Assembly: GCA_049287005.1 (NCBI GenBank)
Contig: JBAQEZ010000003.1
Location: 693,143 to 757,142, forward strand
Reading direction: 5' to 3'
DNA from: Candidatus Moraniibacteriota bacterium
Lineage (GTDB): Bacteria; Patescibacteriota; Minisyncoccia; Moranbacterales; UBA1568
DNA: 64,000 bases
In this document: in pieces, positions 7,600-15,209 of the stretch
Layout: each line of letters starts with the position of its first letter
Position numbering within the stretch: position 1 is the first letter of the stretch
Notes under the pieces: model-generated
Told to the model about the DNA's origin: nothing
Database searches by the model: none
The model's input: the letters and a program-made list of their open reading frames with translations, nothing else
Position numbers and translations under genes: made by a program

Positions 7600-9723
7600 A
7601 TGCACCTAAAAACCCTTTTTTCGCCGACATCCATCGCCATTATCGGTGCCTCAACCCAAGTAGAAAGCGTCGGATATACGCTCACGGAAAATCTCTTGCG
7701 CAATGGCTACGCCGGAAAAATATATCCGATCAATCCGAAAACCGATAGTTTGTTCGGGCTCCGTTGCTACGCGAAAATTTCGCTCATTCCGCATGATATC
7801 GATCTGGCTATCATTATCGTTCCGGCGGCTAGCGTCCCGCTGGTACTGCGTGAAGCAGGTGAAAAAGGCGTTCATGCCGCCATCGTCATTTCTTCCGGAT
7901 TCAAAGAGACCGGAGAAGGCGGGGCCAGGCTGGAAAAAGAAATCGCTGACATAGCGCGAGAATACGACATCGCCCTCCTCGGCCCCAACTGTCTCGGGTT
8001 TCTCCGTCCAGCGCTCAGTCTCAACGCTTCTTTCGCGAAGCTGCTGCCGCACGATGGCACGATCGCTTTTTTTTCGCAAAGCGGCGCGCTCTGCACCGCT
8101 ATCTTGGATCTGACCATCGATGCGCTCGGTTTCTCTCACTTTGTCAGCATCGGCAACAAAGCCGTCATTGATGAGAATGAGCTGCTCCGCTTTTTCGCAT
8201 CCGATACCGATGTCGCCGTCATCAGTTTTTATACCGAAGGATTGGTGGACAGCAAAAAAATTATCGAAACGGGACGAGCCGTGCTGGCGTGCTCCGAACC
8301 CAAACCGATTATCGCGCTCAAATCAGGCACGACGGCTGCCGGCACGCAGGCCTCGATCTCGCATACCGGAGCGCTCGCCGGCAGCGATGACGCCTATCAG
8401 GCTCTGTTCAAACAAGCGCGCATGGTGCGGGCGACGAGCCTGGCCAATCTCCTGGACTTGCTTTCCGTCTTTTCCTGCAATCCCCTGCCCGCGGACAATC
8501 GCATCGGCATCATCACCAATGCTGGCGGCTTGGGAGTCCTGGCTACCGATGCAGCCATCCAGAACGGACTGTGCATGGCTCCATTCGCAGAAGCAACCAA
8601 AAAGAAGCTGCGCGCTATCCTGCCGGCTGCCGCCAGCGTCAATAATCCCGTCGATGTCCTCGGGGACGCGCTGGCGCTCCGCTATCGTTTCGCCCTGGAA
8701 ATCGTTGCGGCAGACGAAGGGACAGATATGCTCCTGGTCATCGTCACGCCGCAGACCATGACCCAGGCGCTGGGAACAGCCGAAGCTATCATAGATATCA
8801 AGAAACAATACCAGAAGCCGATCGTCGCCGTTTTTGCGGGACATGAGTCTTTTTCCGAAGGCACCGCTCTTTTACAAAAAAATCATATCAGCACGCTGAC
8901 CTATCCGGAATCCAGCGTTCAGGCGCTCTCGGCATTGGCTCGGGTAGCACAATGGCGCGTGCAGAAAACTATAGCGCCCATTGTTCTCCGCAATATTGAT
9001 AAAGAAAAAGCAGCTGCCATTATCGCAAACGCGCAAAAGGCTGGCCGTACGGCGCTCACCGAAAAAGAAGCCAGCGATACTCTCCAAGCCTACGGTTTCC
9101 CGTTTTTTACGACGCATGCGGTACAAAACAAGGAAGGAGCTCTGACGGCCGCTCACGCAATCGGTAAAAAAGTGGCTCTCAAAATTATTTCCCCTGATAT
9201 CATCCACAAGTCCGATGCTGGAGGAGTCATCCTCGATGTCGATCCGGCGGATGCGGACGCAGCCTACGAAAAACTTCTCAGAAACGTGCGGAAGCATATG
9301 CCGACCGCGCAAATCGATGGCGCACTCGTCGTGGAAATGGCCGAAAAGGGTGGCAAGGAACTCCTGCTCGGGCTCAAAAAGGAACCCAGCCTCGGCACGC
9401 TCCTCGTGTTCGGCTTGGGCGGCATTTATGTCGAAATGTTCAAGGACGTTACGATGCGTTTCGTCCCGCTTGAGGGAGCGGATATCGATGAAATGGTGCG
9501 CGAAATAAAAAGCGCTGCCTTGCTCACAGGAGTACGCGGTGAAGCCGGCATCGATGTCTTGTATCTGAAAGAACTCCTGGCACGCCTGGCGCAGTTCGCC
9601 CTGGATTTCCCCGCCGTAGAAGAGCTGGATATCAATCCGCTCCTCGCCTTTCCCAAAAGCCAAAACTTCCGCGTGCTCGACGCACGGATACGGATCGGAA
9701 GAAACGAGGGTGCCAAGAAGTGA
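7600..9723 (+). CDS. Acetate--CoA ligase (ADP-forming), fused alpha and beta subunits (NDP-forming acyl-CoA synthetase)
   Basis: 707 aa with a CoA-binding N-terminus (IAIIGAS...GYTL), a succinyl-CoA-synthetase-like alpha domain, and a C-terminal ATP-grasp domain (GFPFFTTHAV...KIISPDIIHKSDAGGV). Confidence 0.85.
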   Translation: MHLKTLFSPTSIAIIGASTQVESVGYTLTENLLRNGYAGKIYPINPKTDSLFGLRCYAKISLIPHDIDLAIIIVPAASVPLVLREAGEKGVHAAIVISSGFKETGEGGARLEKEIADIAREYDIALLGPNCLGFLRPALSLNASFAKLLPHDGTIAFFSQSGALCTAILDLTIDALGFSHFVSIGNKAVIDENELLRFFASDTDVAVISFYTEGLVDSKKIIETGRAVLACSEPKPIIALKSGTTAAGTQASISHTGALAGSDDAYQALFKQARMVRATSLANLLDLLSVFSCNPLPADNRIGIITNAGGLGVLATDAAIQNGLCMAPFAEATKKKLRAILPAAASVNNPVDVLGDALALRYRFALEIVAADEGTDMLLVIVTPQTMTQALGTAEAIIDIKKQYQKPIVAVFAGHESFSEGTALLQKNHISTLTYPESSVQALSALARVAQWRVQKTIAPIVLRNIDKEKAAAIIANAQKAGRTALTEKEASDTLQAYGFPFFTTHAVQNKEGALTAAHAIGKKVALKIISPDIIHKSDAGGVILDVDPADADAAYEKLLRNVRKHMPTAQIDGALVVEMAEKGGKELLLGLKKEPSLGTLLVFGLGGIYVEMFKDVTMRFVPLEGADIDEMVREIKSAALLTGVRGEAGIDVLYLKELLARLAQFALDFPAVEELDINPLLAFPKSQNFRVLDARIRIGRNEGAKK

Positions 9724-9762
9724 AAACGGGCGCAGAAGAAGATTCTCTCACGCGCCCGCTCT
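9722..9762. terminator. Possible convergent terminator hairpin (gggcgc...gcgccc with an 18-nt loop) between acs and the GT4 gene
   Basis: Stem gggcgc/gcgccc directly after the acs stop codon; weak U-tract on the minus strand. Confidence 0.3.
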
Positions 9763-9846
9763 GTTGCCAGCCTCACTCAAAGCACACGAGACATCACCCC
9801 CGACCAATGGTATTTCTTCCGTCGCTCGTTTGTCTTGGGTGCCGCA

Positions 9847-11037
9847 TTATTGCCTTTTTTTGCGCTCTCCCAGATGACGAAAAAGACTTTCGATCGCCTG
9901 CAGATACCGCGCCTCACCGAAACGTTCATACGTATCACGTTGAATGTTCCCCGCATCGAAGGATATTTTCCCAGAGAAAAAATCTGCTATATATTTTTTG
10001 AGCGCCTCTGTACTTTCTCCCAAATAGCCGTCGCGTCCATTCGTGATAATTTCCGGAAAAGCCCCGCTGCGCAGACCAAAGAATGGCTTGCCATAAGCAT
10101 GAGCTTCAAGAACGAGAAGACCGAATGTTTCAGGCAGCGGGGAAGCGCTGACCACACAGGCGGCTTGCCGCATGAGATCTGCGAGAGCTTCTTTGGATTG
10201 CTGTCCGACTACCGTCACATACCGACTTGATAACACGTGAAAATTATCCGCTCTCGTTCCCGCGAGAGTAAGCGGCAGCCGGAGGGTATCGAATATTGCT
10301 ACCAGATCATTGACGTGTTTTTCTTCTGATACGCTCCCGCAATAGAGTGCGAATGGCCTTTCGGTACCGCGCATCTCTCGCAGCGCCTGGCTCTCTCCGG
10401 CAATGAAATGCGGCACGACCGTGATTTTTGCTTCCGGCATGCCGGCGCGAACCAAAACGTTTTTGACATACACGCTCGGTGCGATATAGTGATCGATGTT
10501 TTTTTCATAAAATCCCATCCACTCTTCCCAATATTTTTTCAACACCAAAAGAATGCGTTTTCCCAAGCTATATTTTTTCACGAAAAGAAACTTGAAGTAG
10601 TGTTTTCCGACCTCCGGATAATACGCATCCTTATCGGGTGAAATCAGGTTATAATCGTGAACCGTCATCACGAGAGGCACCCGCAATTCCTTCAAGGGGC
10701 CGAGGATAGCCGGCGACAGCTGATGATACATATTGTGGATATGCACTATATCCGGCTGAAACGTTTCCAACAGCGCGGTCATTTTTTTTCTTGCCTCAAA
10801 CGACCAGAAGAGTCTGCCTATCCCCTTCAGTCGTTGCCATGCTGTCGAGTCATCATCATTATATCCGACATACCTCACAAAGTATTTTTCATATTCGCGC
10901 GAGACATTCCGTTTGTCGTCCATGGCAAAAACAGCCACCTTGTGGCCACTGTTTCGGAACAATGCGATGACGTCCAAAAAGTGCCGCTCAGCGCCACGGT
11001 GCAGGTAATAGTACTTGTTGACTTCGAGAATGTTCAT
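9847..11037 (-). CDS. GT4 glycosyltransferase
   Basis: MNILEVNKYYYLHRGAERHF N-terminus and C-terminal ETFGLLVLEAHAYGKP motif. The ORF-track start at 11070 is TTG; the ATG is at 11035-11037. Confidence 0.8.
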   Translation of the reverse strand: MNILEVNKYYYLHRGAERHFLDVIALFRNSGHKVAVFAMDDKRNVSREYEKYFVRYVGYNDDDSTAWQRLKGIGRLFWSFEARKKMTALLETFQPDIVHIHNMYHQLSPAILGPLKELRVPLVMTVHDYNLISPDKDAYYPEVGKHYFKFLFVKKYSLGKRILLVLKKYWEEWMGFYEKNIDHYIAPSVYVKNVLVRAGMPEAKITVVPHFIAGESQALREMRGTERPFALYCGSVSEEKHVNDLVAIFDTLRLPLTLAGTRADNFHVLSSRYVTVVGQQSKEALADLMRQAACVVSASPLPETFGLLVLEAHAYGKPFFGLRSGAFPEIITNGRDGYLGESTEALKKYIADFFSGKISFDAGNIQRDTYERFGEARYLQAIESLFRHLGERKKRQ

Positions 11038-11038
11038 A

Positions 11039-12514
11039 TTATACGTGTTCGAGAGAAGATTTCTCCGCAAGCGAGCAGAGGGTATGCATCAGCCCCAGCG
11101 TCAACCAAAAAAATACACCCGTCAGATTCGTCTCCAGGTACGGCTGCGCAAACAACACGATGCCCTGATAGACGAAGAGGGTCAGCAAAGCGACGCGGAG
11201 GGCGCCAAGAAACCTCGCTTCCGGGCGGGTGCGTAACACTCTCCAAACAAGCAAGCCAAGTGAAAAAGCAAGCGTCACAAATCCTATCATCCCCATCTGG
11301 ACGAGAAGCGCCAGCCAGGAATTATGAATATTCCTGATCTCAACGAAATCCCGATAGTCGCCTTGTTCGACGGGTATATGAGCACCGAAGCCTGATCCGA
11401 AAAAAGGATTGTGGGAAAGTTCTGAGAAGGCGCTCTGCCAGGTCGATCCGCGCCACGCGATACTTTCATCGTAAGCATTGCTCATGGAAGTGACGCGCAT
11501 GACAACCGTTTGCCCGACGTTTTGGAACGCATGCCCTGCCGTACTGGTCGGAAAAAGCAAAGAGACAAACAGCCAGAATGAGAGGATGAGCGTACCAAAA
11601 GCAAGGCCGATCACGATCATCTTTCTCGTTGTTTGACGCGTCGCTCGATTCAGCAGAAAGACCCACGCCACCCCTATGGCCACAGCCATGCCGATCCACA
11701 TATGGCGCATGAGCGATCCCAAGATACCGAACAGCCACAATGCAAGCACGATCCAGAGAAGGGCACGATATCTGTTCCTTGCCCAATATTCCGCCGTCAC
11801 GAACATCCCGAGGAAGGCCAGTGAAAAATAGAAGGCATGCGGGAAGGCAAGCAGACGGACGCCGGCAGTCGAAAGCGGCGTAAACTCTGTCCACAATCCT
11901 TCGCCCCGCACCACGCCAATGACAAGAAAGAGAATTCCGATGCTCGCTGCGGCCAGGAAATATTTCACTATCTTCCGCACATCAGATTCATTTTCCACAA
12001 GGAGCGGTACCGCAAAGAAGAGGGCTCCATAAAAAACATAATTTTTCCACGTACTGAAGGCCACGGCCAGATCCTGATTACCGAAGCCGATGAAACTCGC
12101 CACGCAGTAGAGAGATGCCACAAAAAAGAAAATGAGCAGCCATACATCCGCTGGCTTGAGAGTCAAACGGGTTTTCGCGTACAACATGCGTGCCAGCACT
12201 CCTCCGTAGACTCCGAGCAGCACAATATCGAGCGAATAAAGCTTGATGGCTTCCCGTCCGAATTGCAGCGCTTCCAGCGTAAAGAAGCGTTCGAACAAAA
12301 CGGTCAGGAAAATAATTCCATAGAGACCCGCCTTCGGATAGAGCAGAGAGACATAGAACATGGGAAGCATGACGATCAGCAGGTACCAAGGGATAAAACC
12401 CAAGAATATCCGTGCAAAACCGAGAATAAGAAAACATCCGATAATAAGCAATGCTGCTTTGTCATCGGCAGAAAACTTCTCTTTGATTTTCTGAAAAGCA
12501 AGAGGCGACTCCAT
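11039..12514 (-). CDS. O-antigen ligase / Wzy_C-family polytopic membrane protein (polysaccharide polymerase or ligase)
   Basis: About 12 TM segments. The IHNSWLALLVQMGMIGF motif is typical of the WaaL/Wzy_C family. Its stop lies 1 nt from the GT4 start codon. Confidence 0.7.
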   Translation of the reverse strand: MESPLAFQKIKEKFSADDKAALLIIGCFLILGFARIFLGFIPWYLLIVMLPMFYVSLLYPKAGLYGIIFLTVLFERFFTLEALQFGREAIKLYSLDIVLLGVYGGVLARMLYAKTRLTLKPADVWLLIFFFVASLYCVASFIGFGNQDLAVAFSTWKNYVFYGALFFAVPLLVENESDVRKIVKYFLAAASIGILFLVIGVVRGEGLWTEFTPLSTAGVRLLAFPHAFYFSLAFLGMFVTAEYWARNRYRALLWIVLALWLFGILGSLMRHMWIGMAVAIGVAWVFLLNRATRQTTRKMIVIGLAFGTLILSFWLFVSLLFPTSTAGHAFQNVGQTVVMRVTSMSNAYDESIAWRGSTWQSAFSELSHNPFFGSGFGAHIPVEQGDYRDFVEIRNIHNSWLALLVQMGMIGFVTLAFSLGLLVWRVLRTRPEARFLGALRVALLTLFVYQGIVLFAQPYLETNLTGVFFWLTLGLMHTLCSLAEKSSLEHV

Positions 12515-12567
12515 AAGTATGTATAGTATAGCGTATCTGCTCTGCTTATTCTAAAAAATATATCGAA

Positions 12568-12617
12568 GTATGGAAAAAATGCGACGCGGATTTTCCTGAC
12601 GTTCCAGGAAAATCCGC
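12568..12617 (-). terminator. Intrinsic terminator for the lipoprotein gene (13-bp perfect stem gcggattttcctg/caggaaaatccgc plus U-run)
   Basis: Minus-strand reading: gcgcggattttcctggaacgtcaggaaaatccgcgtcgcattttttcc. Confidence 0.7.
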
Positions 12618-12624
12618 GCTTGCT

Positions 12625-13518
12625 TCAGTATTTCACCTTCTGCTTTGCTCCGCAGAACATCCCCTGCCGGAGCGCCGCCTCGTACTGAGCCTTGATGACA
12701 CGGGCGATCATCCCCTGATACCCCCGCTTGAGTTCGGACTGCTCGTCCCAACCCTTGTCGGAGGCATTCAGAGCGACCAAGACGTCGGTCGCCGCACTCA
12801 TGGCCGTCGAGAACCAACTCAGGCTCACTCCGAACTGGCCGTTACCCGTGAGCTTCTCAGAAAAATTGAGTTCATTGTTTTCGCGTGCCACACTGCGCAC
12901 GTACTTTTCCGCAAGCGGCGTACGGATAGCATACGGAAGCGCCTTTGTTCGCACCGTGTTCCAATCCGAGAACACTGCCTGTAGACCTTTTATCCCGGCT
13001 ACAGGAACACCTTTCAGCTTACGCGTTTCGGTGCCACCGGATAGAACCACCTCCTTGCGATACATCACATCGGAAGCCAGCTTCTCCGGCGTCTTCACGA
13101 AAATTTCTTCTCCGTAAAGATTGAATAGCCGAGTAAAACGGGTGTTGGCGAATACTCCGACGATCGGCTCGTCGATATTTCCTTCGACGATGAACACCAA
13201 TCGCAAGGCACATTCTGCAAACCCAACATATATCGCTTGGGCTGCGTATTCCTTGCCGGTGTTTGTTCCGTATGCCACGGCATGATAACGGAGCCGGAGC
13301 GGGTGCATTTCCGAAAACAGTTCATCGGGAAAGCTTCCCAGAACCGCAACGAAATTGCCACTGCTGATTGCGGGAGTTTCTTGTACTCCGATAAAGCCGA
13401 TCGGATCGATCGTGACTTCTTGTTTGCCTGCCTCGGTCGTGACCGACATGGTGTTGCCACCAAGCGTCGCACAACCAGCAAGCAATAATACAAGCAACAA
13501 TGCTATAAGCGTGCGCAT
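12625..13518 (-). CDS. Lipoprotein of unknown function (LAGC lipobox)
   Basis: MRTLIALLLVLLLAGCAT signal peptide with lipobox; AGGAGG Shine-Dalgarno 7 nt upstream; no recognisable family. Confidence 0.6.
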   Translation of the reverse strand: MRTLIALLLVLLLAGCATLGGNTMSVTTEAGKQEVTIDPIGFIGVQETPAISSGNFVAVLGSFPDELFSEMHPLRLRYHAVAYGTNTGKEYAAQAIYVGFAECALRLVFIVEGNIDEPIVGVFANTRFTRLFNLYGEEIFVKTPEKLASDVMYRKEVVLSGGTETRKLKGVPVAGIKGLQAVFSDWNTVRTKALPYAIRTPLAEKYVRSVARENNELNFSEKLTGNGQFGVSLSWFSTAMSAATDVLVALNASDKGWDEQSELKRGYQGMIARVIKAQYEAALRQGMFCGAKQKVKY

Positions 13519-13575
13519 GGCAGCCTCCTATGGAAAATTGGTTAGGTACTGAATCTTTCGGAGCCATTTCTGGTA

Positions 13576-13615
13576 CCGCGGGCAGAATAATGAATGATCA
13601 CCATTCCGCCCGCGG
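13576..13615 (-). promoter_or_regulatory. Long inverted repeat (12 of 13 bp stem, 14-nt loop) inside the predicted 5' leader of the lipoprotein mRNA
   Basis: ccgcgggcagaat-N14-attccgcccgcgg, about 58 nt upstream of the ATG and downstream of the predicted promoter. Confidence 0.4.
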
Positions 13616-13645
13616 GGTCACAAATAGACACTCTGTAAACATCAA

Positions 13646-13674
13646 ATTATACTCCATTTTCATAGAAAAGTCAA
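13646..13674 (-). promoter_or_regulatory. Near-consensus sigma70 promoter (TTGACT-17-TATAAT) for the lipoprotein gene, abutting the P1 terminator hairpin
   Basis: Reverse strand: TTGACTtttctatgaaaatggagTATAATttgatg. Confidence 0.6.
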
Positions 13675-13725
13675 GAGCCCCTCATCATACAGACTGAGGG
13701 GCTCAGGTTTGGCGATGTTCCGCCG
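13673..13725 (-). repeat. Conserved 3' element copy 1: terminator hairpin (gagcccctca/tgaggggctc) plus an exact 27-mer shared with copy 2
   Basis: 27-mer gggctcaggtttggcgatgttccgccg at 13698-13725, 5 nt past the P1 stop codon. The hairpin is followed by a U-rich tract on the minus strand. Confidence 0.7.
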
Positions 13726-13730
13726 TTTGT

Positions 13731-14213
13731 CTATCGGATTGTACTGCGTAGCATGCCGGTACAGGTCATGGAGGCGCCGGGTCCACCGATGCCGCCAGCC
13801 TGTTTGTCGGGAATGACACTCACGCCGACAAGCGGACTTGCTGCGGATACCGCGGCCGCAGTGTTGAAGATCTTCGCCACCTGCGCCAATTCGCCATCAT
13901 CGACGAGCATGAAAGCATTGCCGCCTCGTCCCTTGAACTGGAAGTTGAAGGTGGCGCACGCCGGAAGCTTGTACGGACCCGGGCCAGCAAGAACCGACCT
14001 CGCCTGTACGACTTCACATGGCGGATGGTGATAGACTTCGAAGTTCACCACCTGTGCACCAGTCACTGAGACTGTGCCTGTGCCATCACCGTTCATGACA
14101 CAGGCGACCTGACCACCAGCCGGCAGAGACTCCGGCGGAGGAGGAGCAGCATAGCTGATTCCGATAACGCCGAACGATGCTACAATTGAAACGAACTTCA
14201 GTAGTGTGCGCAT
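13731..14213 (-). CDS. Small secreted protein P1 (signal peptide, Pro-rich N-terminus, 5 Cys), unknown function
   Basis: MRTLLKFVSIVASFGVIGISYA/APPPP signal peptide; TAGGAGG Shine-Dalgarno; own promoter region and terminator. Confidence 0.55.
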   Translation of the reverse strand: MRTLLKFVSIVASFGVIGISYAAPPPPESLPAGGQVACVMNGDGTGTVSVTGAQVVNFEVYHHPPCEVVQARSVLAGPGPYKLPACATFNFQFKGRGGNAFMLVDDGELAQVAKIFNTAAAVSAASPLVGVSVIPDKQAGGIGGPGASMTCTGMLRSTIR

Positions 14214-14240
14214 GATAACCTCCTAAGGTAAGCGCTAGAC

Positions 14241-14265
14241 GATGCCGTTGATACAATCTCAGGCG
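14241..14265 (-). repeat. Conserved 5'-leader motif copy 1 (mRNA sense cgcctgagattgtatcaacggcatc), 28 nt upstream of the P1 ATG
   Basis: About 24 of 28 positions identical to copy 2 at 14864-14889. Confidence 0.55.
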
Positions 14266-14274
14266 GCTATATAT

Positions 14275-14318
14275 TACAAAAAACCAGAGGGGGTACCATT
14301 TCACTTTTGAATGGTGCC
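14275..14318 (-). terminator. Second hairpin plus U7 tract (ggcaccatt/aatggtacc) between the P2 terminator and the P1 start; a backup terminator or insulator
   Basis: Minus strand: ggcaccattcaaaagtgaaatggtacccctctggttttttt. Confidence 0.4.
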
Positions 14319-14379
14319 TTAGATATATACCAAAACCTTTCTCCTGTCAAGTGTCGGAAAATATAAAGTATATAAAGTA

Positions 14380-14434
14380 AAGAGCCCACAAAATCCGTAG
14401 ATAATGTGGGCTCAGGTTTGGCGATGTTCCGCCG
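14380..14434 (-). repeat. Conserved 3' element copy 2: terminator hairpin (gagcccaca/tgtgggctc) plus the same exact 27-mer
   Basis: 27-mer at 14408-14434, 8 nt past the P2 stop. Both copies also share the prefix aagagccc. Confidence 0.7.
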
Positions 14435-14442
14435 ATGATGGG

Positions 14443-14832
14443 CTAGCTTTTGGAGTATTTCACCTCCAATGCGCAGCCTTCCTTGGATTTCTTGCACTCC
14501 TGCGTGACGCCGGTCATCTTGAAGGCGTTGCCGGACGGAGTGACGAGGAGCCATTTGCCGGAAGCGTCCTTGAGCTGGAAGCGGGTACCCTGTTCCGATA
14601 CCTGCGACAGTGCCCCGCTGCCATCTTGCATCGGGATGCTGACAATGCCTCCCTTCTTCTGGAAGTGCACCAGCGTGACGGCCGGGAACTCGCTCGTGAC
14701 CGTAATGGTCACGTTGTCACCCGACTTGACTGCCTGAACAGTGCCACCGGCAACCGCGAAGGTTTCGGCGCTGGCCAGACCAGATGCTGCTGCCAGCAAG
14801 ACTGCTACGATACTATACGCAAAGAACTTCAT
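14443..14832 (-). CDS. Small secreted protein P2 (signal peptide, 2 Cys near the C-terminus), unknown function
   Basis: MKFFAYSIVAVLLAAASGLASA/ETF signal peptide; GGAGAA Shine-Dalgarno. Confidence 0.55.
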   Translation of the reverse strand: MKFFAYSIVAVLLAAASGLASAETFAVAGGTVQAVKSGDNVTITVTSEFPAVTLVHFQKKGGIVSIPMQDGSGALSQVSEQGTRFQLKDASGKWLLVTPSGNAFKMTGVTQECKKSKEGCALEVKYSKS

Positions 14833-14863
14833 GCTTTTCTCCTTCCGAGAAAAAACTTACGAC

Positions 14864-14889
14864 GGATGCCTTTGATGTTATCTCAGGCG
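14864..14889 (-). repeat. Conserved 5'-leader motif copy 2 (mRNA sense cgcctgagataacatcaaaggcatcc), 32 nt upstream of the P2 ATG
   Basis: Shares ATCTCAGGCG and flanking positions with copy 1. Confidence 0.55.
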
Positions 14890-14943
14890 CTTTAAGGTAC
14901 TGCCAAAGAAACCTGTGTCACCACACTCTTTCGATGACTTTAC

Positions 14944-14972
14944 ATCTTACATCAAAAATCGTTTTTTGTCAA
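14944..14972 (-). promoter_or_regulatory. Sigma70-like promoter for P2 (TTGACA-17-TAAGAT)
   Basis: Reverse strand: TTGACAaaaaacgatttttgatgTAAGATgtaaag. Confidence 0.5.
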
Positions 14973-15044
14973 CCCCGTTAGAAAACGCTACGCCTCTGGC
15001 GTGACTTCAGTCGTTTACAGCGACTTTTCCTAACGGGGTCAATA
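14967..15044. promoter_or_regulatory. Inverted repeat (10-bp perfect core accccgttag/ctaacggggt, 48-nt spacer) whose left arm overlaps the -35 box of the P2 promoter
   Basis: Both arms contain TTGAC. Candidate operator or DNA-looping site. Confidence 0.35.
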
Positions 15045-15057
15045 GCTAAAAATGGCT

Positions 15058-15105
15058 TATGTAAAAGATGAAAGGGACGTCGCGCGTAAGCACAAACGTC
15101 CCTTT
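15058..15105 (-). terminator. Intrinsic terminator for the LysM-protein gene (10-bp perfect stem aaagggacgt/acgtcccttt plus U-tract)
   Basis: Minus strand: aaagggacgtttgtgcttacgcgcgacgtccctttcatctttt. Confidence 0.6.
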
Positions 15106-15209
15106 GAAAGTATTTCGAAGCAAGTTCTTTCCGTATGCCAGGCCGCCATCGTCAATGCGATAGCCTTTTTATACACCTTGGATCAGAGGAAAGCTCTTGC
15201 CAAACCGCC

